A DNA stretch of 64,000 bases from Epiperipatus broadwayi (taxonomy: Eukaryota > Animalia > Onychophora): NCBI GenBank assembly GCA_028023455.1, contig JAQFVV010000004.1, positions 23,064,001-23,128,000 on the forward strand. The letters are read 5' to 3'. A program made the translations under genes and the position numbers. Of this stretch, positions 13,601-26,369 are shown piece after piece. Numbering within the stretch: position 1 is the stretch's first letter; every line of letters starts with the position of its first letter. The notes beneath the pieces are model-generated. The model made no database searches. It saw nothing but the letters and a program-made list of their open reading frames with translations, and had not been told where the DNA came from.

Positions 13601-15373
13601 TATAGCACATTGATATTTAGAGATTATAGGATTTTGAAAAATCAATAATTTGAATTAGTGGAAGTGATAACTAATCCAGGCAAATAGTATACTCTGGTCA
13701 AAGTGGAAATGCTCTAAAAAAATGTATTCAAATACACACTATTAGTTAATAGTAAAAAAAAAAAAAGTAATAAAAGTTAGTTAATAGTATTTAGTTTGTG
13801 TTTGGGCTCTTTGAACAATTCTTAATTTGGTGAGAAAATGCATGTGCTATATAATATATTTTGCATGAAATGTTAAAAAGGACCTCATTAATTTTAATAA
13901 AAATGAAAAAAAAATCCAGATATCAAAATATTTATAAATTGTAAAAAATTATAAAATGTCAACACTAATATTAAGTATGAAACAATTTATTTAATTATTT
14001 TGTCACTTTTGAATATTATTTATATCTGAACATGAAAGACTTTGTTCTGTACACAGAATCTGCCATATAGAAGTCTCAAATAAATATTTTAATGTCTTTA
14101 ATAAATTCATTAAATATCCCATCCCCTATTATCCTTACTAATAATTTTCAGAATTTTATATCTATAATACCATTAAAGAAATTATCAAATATTAGATTCC
14201 CATATTAATTAAGAAGTAAAATCTGCACTTAAAACTTCATTTCATGAATTACTCTTGAAAGTTATAATTGTCTATTAAACCAAATAATTTCACTTTTGAC
14301 AAAGAAAAGATAGTATATGATGCTGTAAAAAGCAATTTGTTTACTAATTCTCCAAAACCAAATGTAATTTTCCATAGCTAATAATAAGTGACAAACTTTC
14401 AAAGATGCAATAGTTATAAAATAGATGTTATTTTTTTTACAAGGATTATTTATTTAATACATGTAAAAATCTTACTTAAAATTACTAGCTTAAAATATAA
14501 TTCGAAATTTTATAAATTTTCAATCTCATTTTTATGCAGTATTTGAAGTCTTTATATCACCCCCCCCTTTTTTTTTTTTTTTCAGAATCACCACTGCAGA
14601 TAATATATGGAATTATATTTTCCAAAGAAATCATATATACATATCAAGAAAGAATAATAGAAAAATGGCATGATATAAAATAGCATTTATTTATTTTGGG
14701 AGGTTAAATTTCATATCTGGCTTTCAATATAATAGCAAACATCTTTAAGATAGATTATTATCTATAACAATAGACTAGAAGTGGCAAGCTGAGCACTAGT
14801 TCTTTGCAACATAAAATTGATTACATTTCAATATTTTTACAAGTTTACAAATACTTATTTTTATATAGTGATGAAATCATTTGTTTAATGATGGTAATAA
14901 AAATAAAATAATTTTTAACTTGGGCAGAGCTAAACTATTATTAAGCAAGAGATCATCAAAAAGATAAAAGCAAAACTTATTTTCAGATATAAAAGTTGTA
15001 ATAGAGAAAATACTTGTAAACATTTCAACCAATAATTTAGATGACATGGTTTTGGCCAACTAAGAAAATAATTAGACTGACAATGTGTGAAAAAAGACAA
15101 AAATAAATTGCATTGCCTAACATTTTCATTCAGCCATCTTTAGAACTTTATTTATACCATCAAATTAATAAACTGAAATTCAAAAAATCTTAGTTTTGAA
15201 CACAAACTAATTCACATGCATAATTCCAGCTTTCTTAAATAGTAAAGTCTGTAGATATGAATATAATAACACTATCATCCTGTACCCACTGAATATTCAA
15301 GCTTATAATAGACAGCTCTAAAGTAGAATGAAGAAAACTTGTTAGTGATGTTTTGATATTAATTTTTCTAGAT

Positions 15374-15824
15374 CAGGGGTTCCCAACCTTTTTGGTCCTC
15401 TTATCCCTTCAGCTTTTAGTAAATCATAACGGTATCCTTTATTCATTATAATAAATCGTCAGGTATCCTTTATTCATTATAATAAATAAATAATTTCCAT
15501 AAATTCATCCTTTTTGGTCCCATACTCTCTTAGTTTTTTGTATATTATCTAGCACCTCTAATTCGTTATAAGAAATAAACAGCAATTAACTTTTCATAAA
15601 AGTTTTATTTGGCAAATAAATCTAAAGTGGGCATTGAGTTATCGGACCCTGCAGTGAGAAAACTATGCCATCTCACTGTATTCAAAAAAAGATCTGAAGT
15701 AATGTGGCTGACAAACAGTACCAAGATGGAATAGCCCAAAAATATTGATAACGTAACTATTTTTGTAATATATTAATAGTATAATATACTTATTTATCTG
15801 GGTATCCTAGGTTGGGAACCCCTG
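15374..15824. mobile_element. hAT (Charlie-type) MITE, 451 bp
   Basis: Perfect 16-bp TIRs CAGGGGTTCCCAACCT / AGGTTGGGAACCCCTG. 8-bp TSD ttctagat / ttctaaac (NTCTAGAN-like). Internal ~31-bp tandem duplication near 15431-15486. Confidence 0.9.
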
Positions 15825-17994
15825 TTCTAAACAATGGGAAGGAATTACAATTATGCAAGTGGGCAAGCTTTGTTTCAAAACGTAGGATTTTTTTAATTTC
15901 AGACTATTAGATAGATGCATAAAAGTATTAGTTCTATTCCGCAATTCTAAGACCATTGTGACAAAGCCTAAAGCCAGAAACTGGTTTAAGGATATGAATA
16001 TGACAACACTATTATTTACTGCCCATTGACTAAAACATATTGTAAATGAATAAGGAATAAAATAAAATGCTTTACTATATACCAAAAAAAAAGTAAAACA
16101 GCATGTTATTAATTCATGAACACAAAATTAAAAAAAAAAACCTCCATGCATATAAAATAACTAGATTTTATTTGTCATTTTCTGACAACACTGCAAAATT
16201 ATCTGCACTATTCAAAATAATTTGTTTGTTAACATTCTGTAATATTGTAAGTTTTCATTGTTTTTTTTCACTTAATCACGATTATGTTTTGACTAGACTA
16301 TTATATAATTCTTGGAAACAGATTATATATGATCTTAAATTATTATATACAAAACCACTCAGCTTGTTTGATAATGGTAAAAATTCTCGCATTACTGGTC
16401 AATTAAAACCTTCCTTTATCTAAACTTAATGATTAGAACCTCTTCATCTTCACTAGTTTCTTTGGAATTATCAATCAGCAATTCATTAAAATCTGCAAAG
16501 AGTAAATTGAATCCTCTAATAATAAGATGTCAGAGTAACATTTAGTTATACATGAAAGCAAATAGACTTTATTTTTAACATATTCTGAGCAATTAGGTTT
16601 CTAACAAGTATTCAAAATTGATGATCTTAACTCTGATAATATATCCTGTAAGTTAGATAAAATTCACAATAGAAATTTTTTTCTATGCATAATATATTAA
16701 ATGTTTGCTTTATGTAGCATGTTTTAAATAAAATTATACCATGAATTATAGCACTTCTAATGCAATGATAATCTACAATCAAAAAAAAATTCAAAATTTT
16801 ACAGCATTTAGAATTTAATTTGGGTTATCATCCAATCCTTTTTAATTGCCTTTCAATAAATTGTCAATCTCTTCAAATCTACAAATTTCATTATCTATGG
16901 TTTTAAAGACTGATTGATCAGCAGTGATTTTAATATACGATCTCTTGAAGTATGATTGCAAAATACACTGCTTTCTATGATTTTGCTAAGCTCTCTATTT
17001 CCACACTTCATCAAGAATATATCCATTATGATTAAATTTGGGAAAAAACATTTAACTATCTGATTAGCTGCAGACAGAATTTTATCTTCACTTTGATAAT
17101 AAAACTTAAGTCTTCAAAGAAATGCTATTAGCCAATTTGTCTTCATAGAAAATTTATAGATTTTGTTTAAATGAGTTGATGCAGTTGGTTCCATTTCTTT
17201 AATATATTTACAAAGTCGGAAAGCATTCTGCTTGATAATTTATTTACTGGTATTCTTTCTTGAGATTTTTTATTCATATTGACAGTGCTTTTTTAATTTT
17301 CTTTTAGCAATATCTTTACTGTACTATGACAATTTAGCTCCTAATTATGTTCCAGAAAAACAAATTTTCTTTTCAAATGGCAATTTCATTTTTCTTAATG
17401 ATTCTTATAGCTATATTCAAACCAAAATAATCACTTTGAACCTTATTGGGTTGTATGGCAATCTGAAATTTGAATTTTTTCTTTTATACTTTTTATAGCT
17501 ACATTATCCAACACAATAGTAAAGACCTCAAAAAATATTTCTTAATTATAGTCAATTTATATTAATTACACAAATTTCAATCCAATTTTTCAATACCAAA
17601 ATATTGTTAGTTTTTAACATCAAATGCCATAAAAAACCTATTCTGTATTAAAAGAAAGCAGCAATTTCTATTTGTTTCACACTCATAATATAAAGTCAGA
17701 ATGAGAGCTTAATTATTGGTACAGATTCAATACTAAAAAAAAAAAAGACAAATCTTAAAATTTAAATGCAAATTCTTGAGACTTTTTTTCAAAAATAAGC
17801 AATTTTCCAGAAAAGCATAAATATTTTCTCTTAGTATTTAAAAAGATGAATTTACTGGATTGTGTTACATACAATACAAAAAGAATTGAAACTATTATCT
17901 ATTCATTTGTAACTGCTATAAAAGATTAGAAAGTTTATCATAAATATATAAAGTGTTATTACAGATGTGGGATAAATCTGGGTACTGAGGAACC

Positions 17995-18575
17995 ATTATA
18001 ATAGATATGATAATATGTTGAAATATTTCCATCAATTATTAGTACATGTTAAATGTACAGAAAAATTTAAACTTTATTTAAACCTTTCAAATACAAACAA
18101 TTTGTTAGTAATAAAATACAAATAGACAACACAGGTTAGCAATTACACGTTTCGAGTAGTATTATTCATCACTCTTCTTCAGATGTTGCTAACCTGACCA
18201 GTGACAGTATTAGCATAGGATCTGAACTTGCACTTTTAGATTCTCGAATATTGAACTTAAGGCAAACACTCTAATCAACTGAGCTATTCTGTCAATAGCT
18301 CAGTTGATTAGAATGTTTGCTATAATAGCTTAGTTGGTTAGAACATTTGCCTTAAATTCAATATTCGAGAACCTAAAGATGCAAGTTCGACTCCTATGTT
18401 AATACTGCTACTAGGCCAGCAACACCTAAAGAACGTGTAATTACTAACCTGTGTTGTCTGTCTGTGTTGTTACTAACAAACTATTTGTATATGAAAAGTT
18501 TAAAATTTTCTATATATTCACCATTCACTAATAGATGATGGAAATAGTCCAACATATTATCACACCTAATATTCC
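17995..18575. mobile_element. Head-to-head inverted dimer of a tRNA-derived, hammerhead-containing SINE-like element
   Basis: Arms are inverse-complementary around ~18290. Each has an A-box-like AGCT(C/T)AGTTG(G/A)TTAGA and a B-box-like GCAAGTTC(G/A)..TCCT. The HHR starts within ~20 nt of the B box and is followed by a shared ~140-nt tail. Confidence 0.8.
18132..18196 (-). ncRNA. Minimal type I hammerhead ribozyme
   Basis: CAGGUUAGCAACAU-CUGAAGA-A-GAGU(loop)ACUC-GAAA-C-GU-GUA^AUUGCUAACCUG. Stem I has 2+10 bp with a 2-nt bulge, stem III is the near-palindromic ACGUGU, and the cleavage triplet is GUA. Confidence 0.7.
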
Positions 18576-19699
18576 ATCATCACAAACCTTCAGGCACATA
18601 TTATAATAATCTTCACAATATGGATACTTATGAGACTATGACAATGTACCCACTTAATGCATATTAAAACATCTTTATTGAAAGAAAAAGCATTTTAATG
18701 TCAATTAAACTTTCAATATATTCTAGTCATAGTGATCTATGAAGAAAAAGAATCTAAAACCTCATGACAATATAATGAGTTTTGATGATTTGTTTTACCT
18801 CAGTTTAAACCTATAAAAATCTCAAAACTCAAGTTTATAATTATTATTATATACTGTATAGTGATACCAACATAATAAATTTACAAGTACAGTATAACGA
18901 TATTAGATGTTAAGAATAAATTATCCTCTAAACCTTGTGTTGTAATTCTACATTTACTATTCCCAATTACAACAAAGAACACATTTCACTGATACCCTGC
19001 TATCTACAAAATTGCTCACTGAAAAAAGAAAACTTGAGAAATAGAAAGGTGACAATACATGTAAAAACAGTTACAAACCGAGCACACATGCAAATTTTGA
19101 AATATCATTTTTAGACATCCCAAAGTATGTATTAAAGTAAACTATGGATGATTTTTTTTATAGTTTCATCATTTAATACACTTTAGTGATCATTAACCAT
19201 GCCATATTTAAATGGATATAGGGTTAGATATATAGCTATTAAATTTTGCGCAAAATACAATTGTTGAAATTATTCTTTAATATTGCCAACATGTAAGAAA
19301 TGACTATAACATGATGGTATGTTTAGATTAGCTGTGTGAAAGTTCTGAAAGTAATTATCCATGCTACATACCAATGAAACAGCCAAATCTTAACAATGTC
19401 TAGAAATTCTTAAGTGTACATAAATTTGTAATATTTCAAACACAATACTTTCAATTTATTCCGAATATCATTTATGTGAAAAAATAAAAATAAAAGTTAA
19501 AATATAAAATTACAAACAAAATAATTTGTGAAAAAAAATTGTAAATTACTTTATACAATGATGTATTTCTTTCATATATGAATAAACAAGTCCAAACTTT
19601 TAGCAACCCGTTTAATGTGTGTATATATATATATACATACACATAACTTGGTTGGATCAGATCATGGATTCCATGCCATTAAGAACATTCCCAAGATGT

Positions 19700-22060
19700 G
19701 GATAGGAGAATGATTTTTAAATACAAATGCTGGCTATAAAAAAAAATGCTAATAAGCATTCACTGATAATGCAACAACATTTACTACCACGAAATGATGA
19801 AAGGAACAGTGGCGTATCTATTTCTATAAAAAAAATTCCACAATTCCTATGACAATGAAAGTATAATGATGAGCGTTGACCACTATTAAATCACTATATA
19901 GCTGAGCCAGCAACATTTCTTCCAAATTGGAGAAAAATAACTATAGAAGATAGTGGCCAAGAGAAAGATGGGAAACAAATTATTTTATGACAAACAGCTA
20001 ATGCATTAAGCCTGTAATGAAGATTATTTCTGGGAAAAGGCATAGAAAACTACTTTGCCTTATAATTCCTGGTTTTTTTATTAAGAGTATGAGCACATGA
20101 TTGATTCATATTGGTACAGAGACTATATCTTGCTGGCCAGAAGTAGACAGGACTATTCAGGTTATAAACCAGAAAAAATCCTCAAGATAGTACATTGAAA
20201 GAAATGACATTGAGAGTTGGTATTTGGAATATAAGATCAATGAGAAGTGCTGGGAAATTTTCAAAAGATAAATGAAAATTTTTTTTGATGTTATGGGTTG
20301 AAATGAAGTGAGGGAGCCAAGAAAAGTAAATAGTGATGTTTTGTATGGTAAAAATAGATTGTGTGAATGATGAATTTATGATGATGAGAATAACTAAGTC
20401 ATAAGGATCTGATATTTATATAATTTAATCATGAGAATATAGAAATAAATGACAATATGAAAAGATTGAGAAAATAATATAAGGTAAAAATATATGTATG
20501 ATTTCATTATTCTACGTCCGAATTAACCATGAGAATGATTGGATCCTTGTGGTGATGAAAAAGAAGAACAAACTGTTAGGAATTATGATATTAGAAAAAG
20601 GAATTAAAGAAATAATCAGATGGTGGAATTTTTAGCCATATTTGGTTTAAAAATCATCCAAGATTGTATATATGGAAAGCTCCAGGTGATAGACTATATA
20701 TTGATAAACAGGATATATAATAATGCTATTAAGTTTGTTTTGTGTGGCACACTGATAGATACAAACCCTGATCATATGATTATGAATAAATGAACTGATG
20801 AAAAGAAAAAAAGTTATGTAAGATGAGGCTTGGATAAGTTGAGAAGAATGGAGAAGGAAGCTTTGGTTTTATATGTGAAAAGAAGGAAGAATATCAATAA
20901 TGAGGAAGGACAAAGATCATATAAAAAATTAATAATGACCTAAGAAAAACACATTTAACAAAAGAAAAATGATTGGAATAAGCTCAAATAGGCCAAAAAG
21001 GTATGATCTAGTACTTGATAGAAATGTCATTTCGTGGGGGGGGGGGTCAATGAGTAATTATGAATTTGCAAGTGAAGATGCTGAAATAGATAAACAAAGT
21101 ATGAACATATAGATATAATACGTATAGAATTTTTGAAAGAAATAAGAGTAACTACTATGAAGAAAATTGTTGGAATGTGTAATTTTGATATATATAGTAA
21201 AGTTTGATCTAGATTTCTTGGGAACTATAACGATTCAAATTATTAAAAGGAATAAAGTTATTAGATATAAAAGGTAAAGGATAGTTATTTTACTGCAAAA
21301 TTATTGAGAATTTTAATGCAAAGAATTTATGGGAAGTTTGGTTTTCAGAGGGAAAAGTATGAGATGCTATTGGATTGTTATAATGATTGCAGAAAGGCAT
21401 ACTAAAAAAGAAAGAATTACTATGTTTGTAGACTTAGAAAAAGCATTTGATAGAGTAATTGAATAAACTTATGATCATCTTAAAAAATAAATGAGTATTT
21501 TGGAACGAGAGAAGTCTGATTTGGAATTTATGCACTAAGAAAATTTTTTTAAAAAGAATCATAATGGAGAATAATAAGACTGAAGAAGTGAATATGGGAG
21601 GAGTTAGACAAGAATATTGCATGTCATCTGTGTTGTTTATGTAGAAAGGTTAAATATTCAGACTTTAAAGGAATTAATATTCGGATAGAATAATGAAATA
21701 TACAAGATTGCAAATGAGATGGACGTTATAGTTGAGGATGAAAAATATGTTAAGAGTATGCTGAATGAATTGGGGGGATGTATGAAATAATGCTGAGAAG
21801 ACCAAGTATTTATGAATAATAAGGAATTCAAAAAGAATATAAATTGACATTCGTGTATATTTGATAGTTGGTTTGACAGAGGATGGAAGAAGTGAAGATA
21901 AAGCTAAAAGAAGAATAGCATTGCAAGGGAGTTATTTATTAAAAGATATTTTATTAACCTTTGGAGAATTTAAAGAAAATATTAATTAAATGCAATGTAA
22001 GGAGTGTATTATTGTGAAATGTGGATATTAATTAAAAAAATTTCAATTTACTGCCATATT
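19700..22060 (+). mobile_element. Decayed RTE-like non-LTR retrotransposon (endonuclease plus RT remnants)
   Basis: Broken motifs YIWKAPGD (~20665), GKSMRDAIGLL (~21355), DLEKAFDRV (~21432) and GGVRQE (~21600). Confidence 0.75.
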
Positions 22061-22121
22061 TAAAAATATTTTATAGCACCTCAATGCCCTAGATTTGCCT
22101 CATATTGTAGACAGTATGTAT

Positions 22122-22975
22122 ACTACTATATATATGTGCTGTATGCACAGATAATGAAACTAGTAAATATATGTAATTAGACGCAAGATATTAATTTAGT
22201 TTAAATATAAGAATATTGATTTATTTTAGCTAAGTGCTTTCAAGAAACTTCTTGCTCTCATACTCATAGCTACTGTTGTTAAAACTGCGTTTTAGAAAAG
22301 AAAATGTATGCAAAGTGATGCAAATAATTTATAATTACCATTTTCAGGACAGGGCAAAGCAGGCTTCTCTTCTATTAATAGACTTAGGATCAATTGCTAT
22401 ATGAAACACTTCTCTCATCTTGCTAGCATCATGTCTTTCTGAGCAAATAATGTTGGCAGATGTGGGTTCAATTTGTGGCCTGTTCTTTCACGCTCAGAAA
22501 CGATGGAACTGCGTTCTTGTTTGGTTTTATTGTACAGGTATTTGTGCTGAGCCACTCTGTTGGCAATATTGGTCCTAGTCTCATCATAATATGCGGACTG
22601 GCAGTTGGCAGATCATTTTGTACACGACCTGGGGGGTGAGCTCAGGTGTGATTACATCCTTGGAATTATTGATGTCTGTTTGTATTCAGAGGTGAACGAT
22701 ATGTGATGATGAAGTCTTTAGATAGCTTATTGTTGAGACATTTGGCCAGGGTTTGGATGTACGGTATCAGAATTCTTGGCTTATAATCCTTGATGTGGTT
22801 AATTTTGTGATAGAATTTATTGGCTTTCCTGTTGATAGAAAGTTGTGAGTATCCAAGATAAAATAATTCAATATTCTTATATTTAGAGTAAATTAATATA
22901 TTGTGTCTAATTATATACATTTACTAGCTTCATTATCTGTGTACACAGCACACACACACATATATATATAGTAGT
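22122..22975 (-). mobile_element. 5'-truncated Penelope-like element: GIY-YIG endonuclease remnant flanked by ~115-bp inverted repeats
   Basis: Minus strand gives ILIPYIQTLAKCL.., TPQVVYKMIC, CQSAYYDETRTNIANRVAQHK..TGHKLN and REVFHIAI..SINRRE across frameshifts. 22122-22229 is the inverse of 22859-22975, the inverted pseudo-LTR layout typical of PLE insertions. Confidence 0.85.
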
Positions 22976-23945
22976 TTGTAATTTTTAATGAAGTAAATAA
23001 TTCAGACAGTATGTATAGTATTTATATAGATTAATAAATATATATTTTAATCCAACTAAAATTTAAAAAATATAGATAGAAATTTCATGGACATAAAATT
23101 TTTTTATTAAAACAAAATCTTTTCAAATCACTCAAAAAGATGATCTTATTGAATAAAATGGAATAACATTCTTTTTATTCCTTAACCAATTAAATTATTA
23201 ATTACAAAACATAATTATTTGGCATTCATTATTTTAATTAAATAATATTGTTTTAAATACATACCTTTAATCCATTTTAGCATTAATGGTTTATAACTTT
23301 TTTCAAATTACTTGCATTAATCTATCTAAATTTTATCTAATATAGTGAGTTATTCATAAAATTCAGTCACTGCAGCTTCTCTGAACTTATTCACCTTTTT
23401 TAACATTATTACACTATTCATCCATCTTACATCAATATGCCCACTAATATTCAATTTTTAGTATTTGCAAATCTTTATTTTAAATTAAAAAAATTTAATT
23501 GATTAAACAACTATTAAAACAGTTACTAAAAAATTAACAATTTACTGACTTGAAAAAAAACTAAGACAGTAGTGCAAATACAATTCATGTTTACTCTTCA
23601 ACAACTTCTCACAGTAAAAAAAGTAGGATTTTTGGTTGCTAAATACTTTTGATCACACCAAATAACATTATAAAATTGTCACCGGGAGACTTTAATACTA
23701 GAATACGGAAAATGACTGAAAAATGAAAGAAGTATGATTAAATTTGTTTATGGAGATAGAAATTAAAGAGGGTACAGACTTAGAAATTTACGAAATAATT
23801 TATATATTATGAATTCTTTCTTTGAAAAAGAAAAAAAATGCTACATGGAAATTGTCATGGAAACATCCCAAATAAATTCACTGCAAAACTGTTTATATTT
23901 TGCTTACAGAAAAAAATATATATTTCAAGGTTATTGTAATATTCT

Positions 23946-24415
23946 TTTTTATAGATAGACAACTTCCATATTTCTCCATTCTTTTTTATTTCATAAATAA
24001 TTTCATATAAATAAAGATACAATAAAAGACAAATAACCCCCAAGATGCATTTCGTGCTGAACCAGCACTCGTCAGTTGGCCCAGGTCATTATCCCTCATA
24101 TATATCTTTATTACATGAAGAGTACTTATGTAGAGCAAATTGTCTCATTTTTATTTTCAAGGTCAATTTACTACTCTCCCAACTTTTACGTTATCAACTT
24201 TTTGATAAACACGTAATGATTATTACTAATCATTTATTAAACTAGAGATTTTCTCTAGCATAGATATAAACTTTAATCCAAGTTAAAGATTAATATATCT
24301 GATTTTCAGCACACACACACACGGCTATTTATGTTTCTTCTCCCATGCGTAATTTATAGATAGACAACTTCCATATTTCTCCATTCTTTTTTATTTCATA
24401 AATAATTTCATATAA
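23946..24415 (-). mobile_element. Young retrozyme-like non-autonomous retroelement: 405-nt unit plus 63-nt terminal redundancy
   Basis: 23948-24010 and 24353-24415 are identical 63-mers. The RTE reading resumes at 24416, so the repeat appears to belong to the element. It contains an intact HHR and several consecutive hairpins, and no long ORF. Confidence 0.75.
24040..24079 (-). ncRNA. Minimal type I hammerhead ribozyme with intact core
   Basis: CCAA-CUGACGA-GUGCUG GUU CAGCAC-GAAA-UGCA-UC^UUGG: 4-bp stem I, 6-bp stem II, palindromic stem III AUGCAU, AUC cleavage triplet (cut between 24044 and 24043). Confidence 0.85.
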
Positions 24416-26369
24416 TCTTAATAAATTTAACACAGATAGTGATCACTAATTTAATGAGATAAAAGGTAAGCATTAATGCAAAACTAGAGACAAAAATTTT
24501 TTAAAAGATAATATTAGTAACTGATATAAAAGTATTCCAGTGCATTTGAATTTTCAAATTGTTTTAAAATATTAACAGACTTTGAAGATTAGACATCCAC
24601 AAGAGAATAAATGACATTCTACTAAAAACAAATAAATGACATTCTACTAAAAACAATAATAAAGATAATTGCTACAAAAAAGTAGCAAATCCCAATTTAT
24701 TAAGATGTATGAAAAAAGAGAAAATAATAATTCTGAAAAATAATCCCAAAACAAAAAAAAACCAAACCAACATCTGAAATTATATAAATATTGTATGAAA
24801 AAGATTTAATGATTTAAATAAAATATCATTGAATTAGCAAGAAAAACTTGAAAGAAAATTCCCCCAAAGTATAAAACATTACAGTGTTGGAAGGAAAATT
24901 GTTTCAGTAATAATAGAGAACTATATAATATTAATCAATAAAAAGGCAAAGTAACCTCTATAATTGCAATATATTCTTAATTGTTGAGCATCTTAAATGA
25001 AGGAATTAAATACAGAATTAAATCTGGAAAAGCCCTAGGAAAAGATGCAATTAGTACAAATATCTTAAAATCACAGAAAAATTGTTGAAAAAACAAAATG
25101 CAAATGTCTGAATTATAAAGAATAGTAATATTGTTATTTAAGAAAAGTGATAAAGATATTAGAAAGTATAGACTTTATATACAAAATCAAATTTATCTAG
25201 TGCAAATATCACAAAACAACTAAAAGAATAACCCATATCTAAAATTGATTTTAGTATAATGAAACACATTCAGGTAGCTGGCATTATGCTTTGGATTTGT
25301 AGACCAAAACTATTTAATTGTATAAGCATGACAACAGTGGGTTTTTTTTTAAAAAAAAAAACAGTAGTAAAGTGCATGGATGATTTAGTATTATATGGTT
25401 TTAAATCTTTGGACCATCAACAAATAATTCAAGATACTGTCATATTCTGAAGAATATTTATCAAAATGCCACAGCACTAATTATATTACATGCTGAAAGT
25501 AAATATATATATATTGACAAGGATATAGTGTCTGATAGTGATTTCATACAAAAAAAAAATACAGCAATAATATAATAGGTATTTTCTGCATTAGAATGGG
25601 AAGTTTAAGGTATAAAATTACATGAAGATTATTTAAATCACCTAGATTTTGCAATGTAATTGTATAAAATGCTTCAATGTTTCAGAAAATGTTACAAGAG
25701 TTATCAAAAGAAAGGAAGACCAAAAAAGATTAAAGCAATATTAAATTTGAGACTTAAACAGTTAACAGAAGAGCAGTACAGAGATTTCAGACCATTCAAC
25801 AAATTATGGAAATATTGTGAATAACATGAAAAGATTGAAAATAAAATTGGATAAGAGAACAGGCATAACTAACATCATTAAAAAATTGGACTGACATAAT
25901 GGTAGAAAAGATAACAATAGACAAACAATTAAACTGGACCTAAAGGGATTATAAAGTTGTACAAAAAGCCATATGTGATATTGATGGATAAAGTAAGTTA
26001 TTATTAATATTATGTAAAAAAAAAAAAAAAAACTATGGTTCGGAAAAACAAATTTGGCTACAGTGTTGCAATGGACTGATAATGATCATTAAAAAAAAAA
26101 TCAAATTCTGGAAAAAAAAAAAAGATAAATTCTCTTATAACAGATTAATAATGTGCCTTGATTAAGCTTTAGTCTTCCATGAAAAAAAAAAAAAAAATTG
26201 ACAATGAAAATTATCATATAAGAATTACAGCAATCCAGATTTAAAAGCAAGAGAAAAATTGTTTTTCCCTACAAAAGATACACATAAATGATAAAATCTA
26301 AAAGCTTCAATCCATTCCAGTTTTTAGAAAAACTTAAAAATTTACATTCAAATATCAACATAAATATAT

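Larger units (their letters stand above)
23650..25900 (+). mobile_element. Heavily decayed RTE LINE, interrupted by the element at 23946-24415
   Basis: GDFNTRI, IMNSFFEK, NKFNTDSDH, GKALGKD and LNHLDFA motifs, and similarity to 49193-50368. Confidence 0.7.

Noticed and set aside
16400-17500. Possible very old hAT transposase remnants (also ~50900-52200)
   Set aside because: Only vague compositional hints; no motif series that I can defend.
18325-18400. tRNA gene candidate (also 40395-40475, 61745-61810 and 62500-62590)
   Set aside because: A/B boxes are present but there is no proper cloverleaf or acceptor stem; treated as SINE heads.
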